A stretch of 47,688 nt of DNA from Candidatus Poribacteria bacterium (GCA_036339735.1 JAYZAL010000002.1:1-47688), one strand, 5' to 3'; positions 8,993-18,557 are shown, counted from the stretch's first letter. Numbers and translations: made by a program. Notes: generated by a model from the letters alone, not told the origin.

Positions 8993-9847
8993 TTAACTAA
9001 GACGCGAAAAAAAATCAGGTTTACCGGTGAATTCGGTTTTAATCCGAAACAAGGCTCCAGCACCGGGCCCATTGGTACTTTTATCATTACCACCAGCAGT
9101 AGTTGTATAAATGTCAGTATAATCATCACCACCGAACACAACACTTGAGACCTTTGATGCTGGCAATTCAATTTTTCGCTCTAGATTACCTTCAATGTCA
9201 AAACGAAATAATCCATTTCCGTCCCAGCGTGCTGACCACACATAACCTTCCTGATCGACTGTCATACCATCAGGAACCCCTTCACCGTCTGGCGTCTTGA
9301 CGAAGACCCTCTGGTTACTTATATCACCAGTCTCTTGGTCGTAATCGAAAAGATAAATTTCCCGCTTTCCAGAGTCAGTGTAGTACATTTTTTGTAAGTC
9401 ATTAGTAAATCCCATTCCGTTAGAACAACCAATACCTTCTAGGATAGGGTGGATTGAGCCATCTGTTTCCAAACGATAGAGAACACCTAATCGCCCCTTT
9501 TGTGGCATTGTACCACAGAAAACACGACCTGCTGGGTCTGCTATTACATCGTTGAAACGAGAAGCTTTTTCTTCAGAAATTTCACCTACGACATAGTCAA
9601 TTCGGTCACCTCGCAAAAAACCGATAGCTCCTCTTGACATGAAAAGTAGCAGTACTCCATCAGGTTGAATAGTAAACCCACCGACTTCCTCGTCGTGAGT
9701 GAAAAAATTCTCATGCTGTTGTGTGCTTGGATCATAACGAAATAATCGACCACTGGGAATATCTAGCCAGTAAACTTTCTTCTCTAATGGGTGCCACATT
9801 GGGTTTTCACCAGTGATACATTCGTAATCTGCAATTTGTTCAATCAT
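8993..9847 (-). CDS. SMP-30/gluconolactonase/LRE family sugar lactone hydrolase
   Basis: GENPMW, RFNDVIADPAGR, SNGMGF, PDGMTVDQEG motifs. Confidence 0.93.
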   Translation of the reverse strand: MIEQIADYECITGENPMWHPLEKKVYWLDIPSGRLFRYDPSTQQHENFFTHDEEVGGFTIQPDGVLLLFMSRGAIGFLRGDRIDYVVGEISEEKASRFNDVIADPAGRVFCGTMPQKGRLGVLYRLETDGSIHPILEGIGCSNGMGFTNDLQKMYYTDSGKREIYLFDYDQETGDISNQRVFVKTPDGEGVPDGMTVDQEGYVWSARWDGNGLFRFDIEGNLERKIELPASKVSSVVFGGDDYTDIYTTTAGGNDKSTNGPGAGALFRIKTEFTGKPDFFSRLS

Positions 9848-10107
9848 CGATTATGATTCCTTTGATTATGGGTATTTGCTACTCATGCCGTCTGACTTCA
9901 ATCTAAGATGGGTTCACTGGCCCTAAAAAAACACGACCCTGCATCATGATTTTATCTTGATTGTTTAATTCCGTCAATAGGGATGAGCTGTCGTTGAGAT
10001 ACATGTATTTCCATTAGCCTGAGTCCTCAAAAATTCCAAAATCCAGTCTTTTAGCCAGAAATTGGAATTGTTAACTGTGGTGGTATTTGGCAGATAGTTT
10101 AACCTGA

Positions 10108-10524
10108 TTTTCTAAAAAAGATCTGAGTTTGTCGGAAGCGAAGAAAAAGCTTTCGATCAAGAAGTAATCAGTTAATTTTGCAACACCCACTTTATGTGAA
10201 CTTTTCGAACAACTAGACCAATTAATTAACATTTAGGAAAAAGATTTGATTTATTCTCAATCAGAACAGAAAAATCTCAAAGTAACAAAAGGCCGTTTCT
10301 TTGTGTAAAATACTGAAATCGGCGAGATTTATAATTTCAACATTCACGGGAAACAACCATTGTTGATTAAAACGGAATTTTTACTATTAATCTCCACCGT
10401 AAACTATGTTAGTCTGGGCGAACAAAAATTAAAAATTATGAATAAAAGCCTAACATGCCATTTTTTATTTCATTTTAATGATACTCGGCGTACATACAGC
10501 CATATTGTTCGCGAGGATCAGTGA
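10108..10524 (+). pseudogene. Possible decayed coding remnant, family unknown
   Basis: One frame runs about 139 codons with only 3 internal stops in very AT-rich DNA; no recognisable motif. Confidence 0.2.
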
Positions 10525-10682
10525 AAATATGAGTTTCGACAATTCAGAATTTAATCTATTCTAATCATTTTTCTGATGAGTACGTATGTATAAAAAGTCC
10601 GACTACGGACCTAAAAAACTGAAAACAAACAAAGAGGACGTAGTTACCAAGAATACTTTTCAAAACAAGGAGTATAAGCCTG

Positions 10683-11525
10683 ATGATTATTGATTGCCAC
10701 ACCCATGCTTGGCGTAAGTGGCCTTATAACCCGCCTGTGCCTGATCATAATAGCCGCGGGCAAGTTGAACAACTGTTGTGGGAGATGGACAGAAATAAAG
10801 TTGATAAAGCCGTATTAGTCTGTGCAAGAATTGATCATAACCCCGATAACAATGACTATGTGTATGACTGTGTTCAGAAACACCCTGACCGACTGATTCA
10901 GTTTGCTGACGTTGATTGTAGCTGGACTGAAACTTATCATCAGTCTGGATCGGCTCAACGATTGGCAGAATCAGCAAATCGATATAATTTGGTAGGCTTC
11001 ACACACTATCTACGTAATGATTACGATTGGTTTGATTCTGCAGAAGGTATAAGTTTTTTTGAAACTGCTGCTGAACTGAAATTGATTGCTAGCCTAGCAT
11101 TAGGAGCTAGTTGGCAGCCATTTTTACGTCAACTAGCAAAACGTTTCCCTTCAGTGATTTTTTTATGTCACCATATGGGTGGAGCAAAATCTAGTGTTTC
11201 TCCACCTTACTCAGATTTTGATCAAATTCTGAAATCAGCTGAACTTCCTAACATATACATCAAATTGTCCGGCTTTCATTATGCATCCGCCATTTCTTGG
11301 GATTATCCTTATTCGGATACATTATGGATGGCACAAAAACTGTATCATTACTACGGACCTGACCGGCTTTGTTGGGCTTCTGATTATCCGCCTGTTCGGG
11401 CACACATGACTTATCAGCAATCTCTGGAGGTTGTCAGAAAACATTGCCAATTTTTTTCTAAAAACGATCTCGACTTAGTTTTGGGAGGAAATATACAGAG
11501 GATACTAAACCAAGCAGGGAAATAA
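10683..11525 (+). CDS. Amidohydrolase_2 family metal-dependent hydrolase (lactonase-like)
   Basis: IIDCHTHAW (HxH), HHMG, IYIKLSG, WASDYP; RBS aaggag upstream. Confidence 0.9.
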   Translation: MIIDCHTHAWRKWPYNPPVPDHNSRGQVEQLLWEMDRNKVDKAVLVCARIDHNPDNNDYVYDCVQKHPDRLIQFADVDCSWTETYHQSGSAQRLAESANRYNLVGFTHYLRNDYDWFDSAEGISFFETAAELKLIASLALGASWQPFLRQLAKRFPSVIFLCHHMGGAKSSVSPPYSDFDQILKSAELPNIYIKLSGFHYASAISWDYPYSDTLWMAQKLYHYYGPDRLCWASDYPPVRAHMTYQQSLEVVRKHCQFFSKNDLDLVLGGNIQRILNQAGK

Positions 11526-11819
11526 ACTTATATTCGTTTCCACTAGATATCAAACTTATCTACCTATAATTGATCTTTACAGCTGTTAGCTCACTTTGAA
11601 AAAATTAGATGGTTAACCAGTAACTCTAAAAACGAGTCCAGCTCAGGAAGTAAGACTTCTCAAGCTTTATTTCTTGGGTTCTACGTTGCATGACTTGAAT
11701 TTATATCTTCTGTTACTCAGCTATCGACTTCTGTTTATTTATCAACTAAGACGAAAAAATCTCAGAATGTTTGGATCATAGAATTGTATATTTTTCACTG
11801 AAAGTATGGGAGTTTCAAA

Positions 11820-11848
11820 TAGACAACTTGCTTAGACTATTTTATAAT
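11820..11848 (+). promoter_or_regulatory. Sigma70-type promoter for the sulfatase
   Basis: TAGACA-17 bp-TATAAT. Confidence 0.55.
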
Positions 11849-11861
11849 TCCCCAATCGACT

Positions 11862-13277
11862 ATGACTCTGATGAAGGATTTTGGACAAATGGATCAACCC
11901 AACATATTATGGATTTTTATTGAAGATATGAATGACTGGATGGGCTGTTACGGTCATACTGTAGTACCAACACCAAATATAGACCGTCTCTCCCACTCTG
12001 GGATGCGTTTCGACCGCGCTTACATGCCAGCAGGTGTCTGTTCTCCTTCTCGGTCAGCTGTGATTACTGGAATGTATCAGACAACCATTGGAGCACATCA
12101 TCATCGTAGTTCTCGGTCCAATTTCCGTGGTCAAAATCAAGGTAACTATGATGCAATCCACTTGCCAGAAAGTGTGTTGACTATTCCTGAGCGGTTTCGT
12201 CAAGCGGGCTATTACACTTTCATAGAAGGTAAAACTGACTACAACTTTGTTTTTCGTAGTGAAGATCTATACAATCACAATAATGGTAAGATGGGCTTCA
12301 AAGGAGCCAGAAGTGGCAGCGATTGGTCTGGCTGCCCGGAAGGGAAGGCATTTTTTGGGCAAATCCACTTAACCGGTGGGAAACAATTTGGTAATCCTAA
12401 TTTGGAACGGGTTACTGATCTATCAAAGGTTGAGGTCCCACCCTACTACCCTGATCATCCAATTATTCGTGACGAAATAGCTTTACATTATGATTGTGTG
12501 TCTCACACCGATAACGAAGTAGGACAAATTTTATCCAGGTTAGATGAAGACGATTTACTGAATAACACTATAATCTTTTTGTTCAGTGACCACGGAATGC
12601 GATTACCTAGACACAAGCAGTTTATCTACCAGGGTGGACATAAAGTACCCTTGATCGTTGCAGATATGAAATCCTCCGCTCCAGACTGTGTTAAGCAGAA
12701 TACTGTGCGAACTGATTTGGTTAGTGGTATAGATATCAGTGCTACATCACTGGCTTTAGCTAATATTGAGATACCAGAGCAAATGGAAGGTAATAATCTA
12801 TTGGCTGAAGATTTTCAACCTAGACAGTTTGTAGTAGCAGCAAAGGATCGTTGTGACTATACAATCGACAGAATCCGAGCCATACGAACACAGAAATATG
12901 GTTATCTGAAAAATTTTATGACTGATCGACCATATATGCAACCACAATATCGAGATGGATCGAACTATATGACTTTATTGCATCAGATGCATGCTAACGG
13001 AGAATTAAACGAAACTCAGTCAGCATTTTGGGGTGTACAGAGGCCTGTTGAAGAACTATACGATTTGGAAAAAGACCCACATGAGACCATCAATTTAGCC
13101 GATGACCCTAACTACAGTTCTGTTCTGTCAGAGCATCGGCGAATATTAAATAATTGGATAGAAGAAAGTAATGACCAAGGTCAATATCCAGAATCAGACA
13201 TAGGCCTACGTTGTGTTCTCAATCGGTGGGGAGATAAATGCATCAACCCAGAATATGCAATGTTGAGAAAGAGGTAA
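11862..13277 (+). CDS. Cys-type (formylglycine-dependent) sulfatase
   Basis: PNILWIFIEDM, CSPSRSAVITG (CxPxR), SDHG, EELYDLEKDPHE. Start may be ATG 11889. Confidence 0.93.
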   Translation: MTLMKDFGQMDQPNILWIFIEDMNDWMGCYGHTVVPTPNIDRLSHSGMRFDRAYMPAGVCSPSRSAVITGMYQTTIGAHHHRSSRSNFRGQNQGNYDAIHLPESVLTIPERFRQAGYYTFIEGKTDYNFVFRSEDLYNHNNGKMGFKGARSGSDWSGCPEGKAFFGQIHLTGGKQFGNPNLERVTDLSKVEVPPYYPDHPIIRDEIALHYDCVSHTDNEVGQILSRLDEDDLLNNTIIFLFSDHGMRLPRHKQFIYQGGHKVPLIVADMKSSAPDCVKQNTVRTDLVSGIDISATSLALANIEIPEQMEGNNLLAEDFQPRQFVVAAKDRCDYTIDRIRAIRTQKYGYLKNFMTDRPYMQPQYRDGSNYMTLLHQMHANGELNETQSAFWGVQRPVEELYDLEKDPHETINLADDPNYSSVLSEHRRILNNWIEESNDQGQYPESDIGLRCVLNRWGDKCINPEYAMLRKR

Positions 13278-13280
13278 TTC

Positions 13281-13703
13281 ATGAATCAACAAGATGATGA
13301 CTCCAAAAAAGAGTTACAATTCACTAGCCGTAAATACCAAGCTGGCGAAATACTGTTTCGCCAATCAGAGTTCGGGGATACGGCCTATATAATCCGGTCA
13401 GGCCGTGTTGAAGTTTATCTTGAAGAAGATGATGATATAGTTCCTCTGGAAGTCTTTGGCAAAGGCGAGATTTTTGGCGAAATGTTCTTATTTGGTGGTA
13501 AATCTCAAAAACGTACTGCTTCCTGCCGCGCACTAGAACAGACAGAAGTGATCAGGATCAGTCGTAGCCGATTGCTAGCCATGTTAAAAAAAGTTGACCC
13601 AATACTGAAGCATATTATTCTGTCCTTGGTTAATAGACTAAAAAAAATGAATGATAAGTTAGGACAGCTGGATACAAACCATTTGACCGATTCGGGTACT
13701 TAA
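13281..13703 (+). CDS. Stand-alone cyclic nucleotide-binding domain protein
   Basis: GEILFRQSEFGD..YIIRSGRVEV, GEIFGEM, RTASCRA; ends after the C-helix with no HTH. Confidence 0.88.
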   Translation: MNQQDDDSKKELQFTSRKYQAGEILFRQSEFGDTAYIIRSGRVEVYLEEDDDIVPLEVFGKGEIFGEMFLFGGKSQKRTASCRALEQTEVIRISRSRLLAMLKKVDPILKHIILSLVNRLKKMNDKLGQLDTNHLTDSGT

Positions 13704-13727
13704 CATACGGACGATTGCCAAACTTAG

Positions 13728-13757
13728 CCTTCTGGAAAATTATTTCCTTGCAGAAGG
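13728..13757. terminator. Hairpin between convergent genes
   Basis: ccttctg...cagaagg stem with inner ggaaa/tttcc pairing; no clear T tail. Confidence 0.45.
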
Positions 13758-13772
13758 TAAAGGGTTTTCAAC

Positions 13773-14549
13773 TCATTGACTGTATTGGGAATTATACCAA
13801 TCTTCTAAGTTTGCTCTGGATATGCAGCGAAATCCGACGTTAGTTGGTGTGTCTGTGGGATGGTCACTGTCTCGGCTAGAAATTCGTAAACGGTAAAGTA
13901 AGTTATACCAAGATCCGCCCCGTAGAACTTTAGTTACCTGGTTACTGTCTCGCCAATCTTGACACCACTCCCAAACATTCCCCGCCATATCGTACAGTCC
14001 ATATCCGTTAGGGGAAAAACTTCCTACTGGCGCTGGTTGTTTTTTCCAATCATCCGAGCCACCGACTCCACGGAAATTCGCGTGGTAACGAGCTAGTGTT
14101 TTATCATTCCCCCAACAATAGGTTGAGTTCGCCAAGCCACCTCGTGCTGCGTGTTCCCATTCCGCTTCAGTTGGTAAGGACTTACCGGCCCATTCGGCGT
14201 AGGCTGCCGCTTCATGCCAAGATACAGAAATCATCGGATGATTATCGGTAGGAGAATAAAAACGTATACGCTGCCAACGATAATTACTAAACGGGTAACC
14301 AGTCTCAGATAAGAATCTTTGAAACTGTCCAACAGTGACTTCGGTCACATCCATATAGAACGGGTCCGATTTGCCATTTTTTCTCGGAATTAAGACCATC
14401 GATTTGTCAGGTAAGGTATAAGGCTTTGTTTCCCTCACTTCTACGTTTTTTGGTGAGTACGATCGTAACCTTGGGGCTAGCTGTGTTTTATAAATAACAA
14501 CTGACAAAAACAGAATAATAATTAGTTTATGTGTCATCAGGTTATGCAT
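13773..14549 (-). CDS. FGE-sulfatase (SUMF1)/C-type-lectin-fold protein lacking catalytic cysteines
   Basis: FYMDVTEVT, LPTEAEWEHAARGG, NGYGLYDMAGNVWEWC, RGGSW...GFRC; no CxxxxC after RGGS; N-terminal hydrophobic segment. Confidence 0.9.
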   Translation of the reverse strand: MHNLMTHKLIIILFLSVVIYKTQLAPRLRSYSPKNVEVRETKPYTLPDKSMVLIPRKNGKSDPFYMDVTEVTVGQFQRFLSETGYPFSNYRWQRIRFYSPTDNHPMISVSWHEAAAYAEWAGKSLPTEAEWEHAARGGLANSTYCWGNDKTLARYHANFRGVGGSDDWKKQPAPVGSFSPNGYGLYDMAGNVWEWCQDWRDSNQVTKVLRGGSWYNLLYRLRISSRDSDHPTDTPTNVGFRCISRANLEDWYNSQYSQ

Positions 14550-14622
14550 ATTTGGTTGTAATTAAGCCTCATAGTCGGATAGAGGCGTTGCTACAATAAG
14601 CTACGTAACTAGTCGCATAGAT

Positions 14623-14674
14623 GCTTGACAAAAGTACAAGTAGATGGTATGATCTAGCGAGAATTTTGTCAAGC
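14623..14674. promoter_or_regulatory. Overlapping divergent sigma70 promoters
   Basis: Plus strand TTGACA(14625-30)-17-TATGAT(14648-53) with extended TG. Minus strand TTGACA(14672-67)-17-TACCAT(14649-44). gcttgacaaaa/ttttgtcaagc form an 11-bp inverted repeat. Confidence 0.75.
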
Positions 14675-14694
14675 GTGGGTTGAGGTGAACTAGG

Positions 14695-16386
14695 ATGGAC
14701 GCGACATTAACCAACTTAACGGGTATTAGGAACTTTTCTTCCCTAACACGGAATCGGGGCCGGCAGTCGATCACTAACGTTCGGCGTGAGGCTGATCTGG
14801 CTGTCCATCAATCGGGTGATACCGATACCAACGCAACTACTCTCCAGTCCCAGTCGCAAGTCGCAGGCGCTCGTCAAGCTCAATTCTCAACTGACTCATA
14901 TACGGCTTCCGGCTTTAATCGGCAAACCCGAGACCAAAGTCTGCTAGCGCAGCCTTTGTCTACAGGTTCACAGCAAGGTCGCCGAGGTCGAAGGCTGAAA
15001 GATCCTGATCGTCCCTTGCCAAGCGTTGCTTCAGCGGAAGAACTAGAAGGCCTTCTAAAGAGAATCGGTGAAACTAACAAAGACTTGCAGTCTGAGTTCA
15101 GGACCTTGGATCGTTTAATGGTGGGCCTTCAAGAACAGTTAGACAACTTCGATTCGGATGACTACAAGGATGCTTTTCTGGACTCCACACTAGTTCGGAT
15201 TGATAGTTTGATCGTTAACCTGGAACGTCTACTACCCAGAGTTGGTGTCCGAGACCAACTAGTGATAGAATTGCAAAACCAACTGGCTCGTTATAGCCAA
15301 TTTAGTAGTAGGAAGCCGTCCGACACAACCATTGATAGTCAACTAGCACAATCTGAAGGGTTTCTGCTATCTGCAGATCGAGCTGAACAAGCAGGAGTTG
15401 TACAGCCAAAGACCGTCATCGGAGGTACTAATTCACTAGCGCTGGCAGTTGATGCTACATCAAATACTATTACACTGAACTATTCACCGACCGAATTTCC
15501 CAGTTCAGGTATAGCCTATATAGGAAATGAGCGCATATCTTATACCGGTAAAGATAACACCAATAATCAGTTAACCGGAATTACTCGGGGTGATGGAACG
15601 AGGCCGAGTAGTCATTCTGCTTCAGAACAAGTTATGACTGAACAGCAAGCTTTGACCTCTTCGATGGCTAACACCGTAAACGGAGCGTCTCAAGAAAATC
15701 GGATGGCAGCTAGTCATGAATTGCAACTCTTAGATCGAGAGTTTGGTGACTACCGGCACATTGATGCCCTGATTACAGACATTGGTAATTATGATCCTGA
15801 TCAGCCTAAAAATCAGACAAAGTTAGACTTGGATACGCTTGAAAGCCGAGACAAGCTGGTTTCGCGTATTGGTCTTGTTGACCGTCTTCTATTAGAACTA
15901 AGAGACGTACCTCTTACACAACCTACTTCCACTGACCCTTTGAAGAAAGAGCCCGTTGTCCCAACCAGTCTAAACTTGGACCACGTTTTAGCTGATGACT
16001 CAGTATTAACCTACAGTGAAAGTCTGGGATCTCGCTTAGGCATTCTAGATCAGCAATTAGAAGAACTTAGTTCCATTACTTTTCCAACTGAGGATGAAGT
16101 CCCAATTACGTTTGACGGTCCTGACCGTCGTTCTGCTATTGACTCTAGCAGCCGTGTACAACTCGGAAATCCAATCGGTATTCGAATTACCCAAGACTCG
16201 AATGTCGTGGAAGGTGCAGAGCTTATGCAACGACGTGGCGGGGTTCATCCCTTCCAAATTGGTGCAATGCGATTGGGTGGGGGCCGACCAGGTGGAATGG
16301 TGATCGAGCGTCAACCACTCGCCTCAGAAGGTTTTCAGCAGTTTGCCAAAAATAATACCGGTTTGCTGACCAACAACTACACTTAA
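14695..16386 (+). CDS. Hypothetical protein: helical segments flanking a small beta module resembling phage structural-protein inserts
   Basis: 563-codon ORF with RBS gaggtg and a near-consensus promoter; no whole-protein family recognised. Confidence 0.75.
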   Translation: MDATLTNLTGIRNFSSLTRNRGRQSITNVRREADLAVHQSGDTDTNATTLQSQSQVAGARQAQFSTDSYTASGFNRQTRDQSLLAQPLSTGSQQGRRGRRLKDPDRPLPSVASAEELEGLLKRIGETNKDLQSEFRTLDRLMVGLQEQLDNFDSDDYKDAFLDSTLVRIDSLIVNLERLLPRVGVRDQLVIELQNQLARYSQFSSRKPSDTTIDSQLAQSEGFLLSADRAEQAGVVQPKTVIGGTNSLALAVDATSNTITLNYSPTEFPSSGIAYIGNERISYTGKDNTNNQLTGITRGDGTRPSSHSASEQVMTEQQALTSSMANTVNGASQENRMAASHELQLLDREFGDYRHIDALITDIGNYDPDQPKNQTKLDLDTLESRDKLVSRIGLVDRLLLELRDVPLTQPTSTDPLKKEPVVPTSLNLDHVLADDSVLTYSESLGSRLGILDQQLEELSSITFPTEDEVPITFDGPDRRSAIDSSSRVQLGNPIGIRITQDSNVVEGAELMQRRGGVHPFQIGAMRLGGGRPGGMVIERQPLASEGFQQFAKNNTGLLTNNYT

Positions 16387-16455
16387 AAATTAAATAATAG
16401 AGCAAACTAGCGTTCCGTTTTCGCTGGCCTATACCATTAAAAAATGGAGGATTTT

Positions 16456-17568
16456 ATGCCAACCTTGTCGGAGAGTGTGGCAAGAGAGCTACTTTCAGCC
16501 CCTATTCGATTAGCTCCGAATACTTACCTGCACTTTTACAATGGAGGTAAATTGCGTGCTGAGTTCATGGGAGAGGATAACCCAAAAGATGATTATTACT
16601 CAGAAGAGTGGATCTTTTCTACTAACAGAGCTGTTACTCCAGGTAGAGACAATCCGCCCGATAAAGGGTTAAGCCGAATTGAATTACCATCCGGTGAAGT
16701 AGCCCTTTTAAAGGAACTACTGGATCTGTATCCAGAACAGACTCTTGGCTCTAAACATGTCGATAAATTTGGTACTAACTTAGGTGTATTGTTCAAGATT
16801 TTTGATGTTGGTGAAGGGGCACACATTCCCATTCATTGGCATCCAACTCCTCAGTTTGCTCAAAAGCATCTCAATTCACCATTTGGCAAAAATGAGGCGT
16901 GGATTATCATAGGGACAAGACCTGGAGCTAAAGCTTGGATCGGATGGAAAGAATCGATTGACCCTAAAGATTTTCAACAACTTATGGATAACCAAGACAT
17001 TGCAACCTTGCGTGGATTAATGCATGAAGTTGAGCCAGAAGTGGGGGAAGTATACTATGTTGAAACACCAATTGTTCACTCTCTTGGGACTGGACTATGT
17101 GTTTTGGAACCACAGGAGCCCACGGACTGGAACATATTAGCTGAATGGGAGGCTTTCCCTTTCGACAAAGAAGATGGAAATTTAGGCCTTGGTTGGGATT
17201 TAGCCATTTCGGCTGCAGATTTCAGTAAAATGGAGCTGAGTTATTTAAACAATTATATCAAACGGACACCACAACTGATTAGAAAAGAAGAAGGTGGTAG
17301 GCAAGATCAGTTGGTACCGAATGAAACTTCAAAGTACTTTCAGGTTTCTCGCCTCACCATTGACGGGACGTTTGACATGGAATCGGGGCAAGGATTTTAC
17401 TGTTTAACGACGTTAGACGGCGAAGGTAAATTAGTCGGTAATTTTGATGAGATAGAAATTAAACGAGGTAAATCGGTCTTTGTTCCTAGCTGTATAGATA
17501 ATTATCAAATTGTCTGTTCCGGTAACACACCAATGGAAATCATCTGTTGTTATCCACCATGTACGTAG
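16456..17568 (+). CDS. Type I phosphomannose-isomerase-like cupin
   Basis: EEWIFS, LFKIFD...IHWHP, GKNEAW, VHSLG..VLEPQEPTD; RBS ggagg precedes ATG 16456. Confidence 0.85.
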   Translation: MPTLSESVARELLSAPIRLAPNTYLHFYNGGKLRAEFMGEDNPKDDYYSEEWIFSTNRAVTPGRDNPPDKGLSRIELPSGEVALLKELLDLYPEQTLGSKHVDKFGTNLGVLFKIFDVGEGAHIPIHWHPTPQFAQKHLNSPFGKNEAWIIIGTRPGAKAWIGWKESIDPKDFQQLMDNQDIATLRGLMHEVEPEVGEVYYVETPIVHSLGTGLCVLEPQEPTDWNILAEWEAFPFDKEDGNLGLGWDLAISAADFSKMELSYLNNYIKRTPQLIRKEEGGRQDQLVPNETSKYFQVSRLTIDGTFDMESGQGFYCLTTLDGEGKLVGNFDEIEIKRGKSVFVPSCIDNYQIVCSGNTPMEIICCYPPCT

Positions 17569-17639
17569 CCTCTTAAGATTAAGTGGTATAAACACAATTA
17601 AACCTAGCTAATTAAGTTTTATTTATCTTTGAGGGAAAA

Positions 17640-18557
17640 ATGGCAAAAAAACTTTCGATTGGTAGTTGGGCGTATGCGTTTGGCCCATATGAGAAAAACC
17701 CGGTTCCGTTTGAAACTGTAGTCGTAGAATTGGGTAAACTTGGTTTCGATGGTATCGAGATCGGTAGTTTTGCACCACACATTGAGATTGACGACATTCC
17801 AATGAAGTCAGATCGTGAAAAGATTGTTCAACTAATTCAGGACAATGGCCTTGCCGTTTCAGGTCTAGCTGCTGACTTTTGGAGCCACCCTGGCCCTGGG
17901 ACTGAAGAAGGCCAAAACAATGATTTTTACTTTAAATTATTTAAAAAAAATCTACAACTGGCTCTGGATTTTGGCGCACCTGCTATTCGTGTAGATACTG
18001 TCTGTGATAGGCCAGTAGAAGGAATATTAGGCGTCGACCGTAATCTAGCCTGGGATCGAATAGTGTCTACTTGGAGGCGATGCGCGGCGGTCGCTGAAGA
18101 TCACGGAGTACTGATGCTTTGGGAGTTTGAACCAGGCTTTTTATTTAATAAACCAACCGAAATTGTTGAGCTAGTCAACCAAGTTGATCACCGCAATTTT
18201 AAAGTGATGTTTGACACTTGTCATGCTCAGATGTGTGCGACAGTCGGAGCTAGACAATATGGTGAAAAGGAAACACTTGGCGAAAACGGTGTTATCGAGT
18301 TAGCCCGTTTGCTAAAAGGAAAGATTGGCCATTTTCACCTAATTGATTCGGATAATACCCTGCACAATGACGAAACCAGTACACATGCACCTTTTGGCGA
18401 TGGTATTCTTGATTTTGATCAAATTATTCCCTTCATTATGGAAGAAACTGGTTATCAAGGCGAATGGTTTGCTATCGACCTATGTTTTTGGCCTGATGCA
18501 TGGAATGTGACAGCACAAGCCAAAGAATTTTTGTCGCCTTATCTAGCTCGTTATTAA
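17640..18557 (+). CDS. Sugar phosphate isomerase/epimerase (xylose-isomerase-like TIM barrel)
   Basis: GFDGIEI, WEFEPGF, FDTCH, HFHLIDSD, HAPFGDG. Confidence 0.88.
   Translation: MAKKLSIGSWAYAFGPYEKNPVPFETVVVELGKLGFDGIEIGSFAPHIEIDDIPMKSDREKIVQLIQDNGLAVSGLAADFWSHPGPGTEEGQNNDFYFKLFKKNLQLALDFGAPAIRVDTVCDRPVEGILGVDRNLAWDRIVSTWRRCAAVAEDHGVLMLWEFEPGFLFNKPTEIVELVNQVDHRNFKVMFDTCHAQMCATVGARQYGEKETLGENGVIELARLLKGKIGHFHLIDSDNTLHNDETSTHAPFGDGILDFDQIIPFIMEETGYQGEWFAIDLCFWPDAWNVTAQAKEFLSPYLARY

Noticed and set aside
10573-10626. Hammerhead-ribozyme-like CTGATGAG...GAAA
   Set aside because: No stem II closing directly onto CGAAA and no convincing stems I/III.
13773-14549. Formylglycine-generating enzyme for the neighbouring sulfatase
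   Set aside because: Lacks the catalytic CxxxxC after RGGS.
14695-16386. Prophage or flagellin call for the orphan ORF
   Set aside because: No other phage genes, integrase or att sites nearby, and the conserved flagellin terminal motifs are absent.
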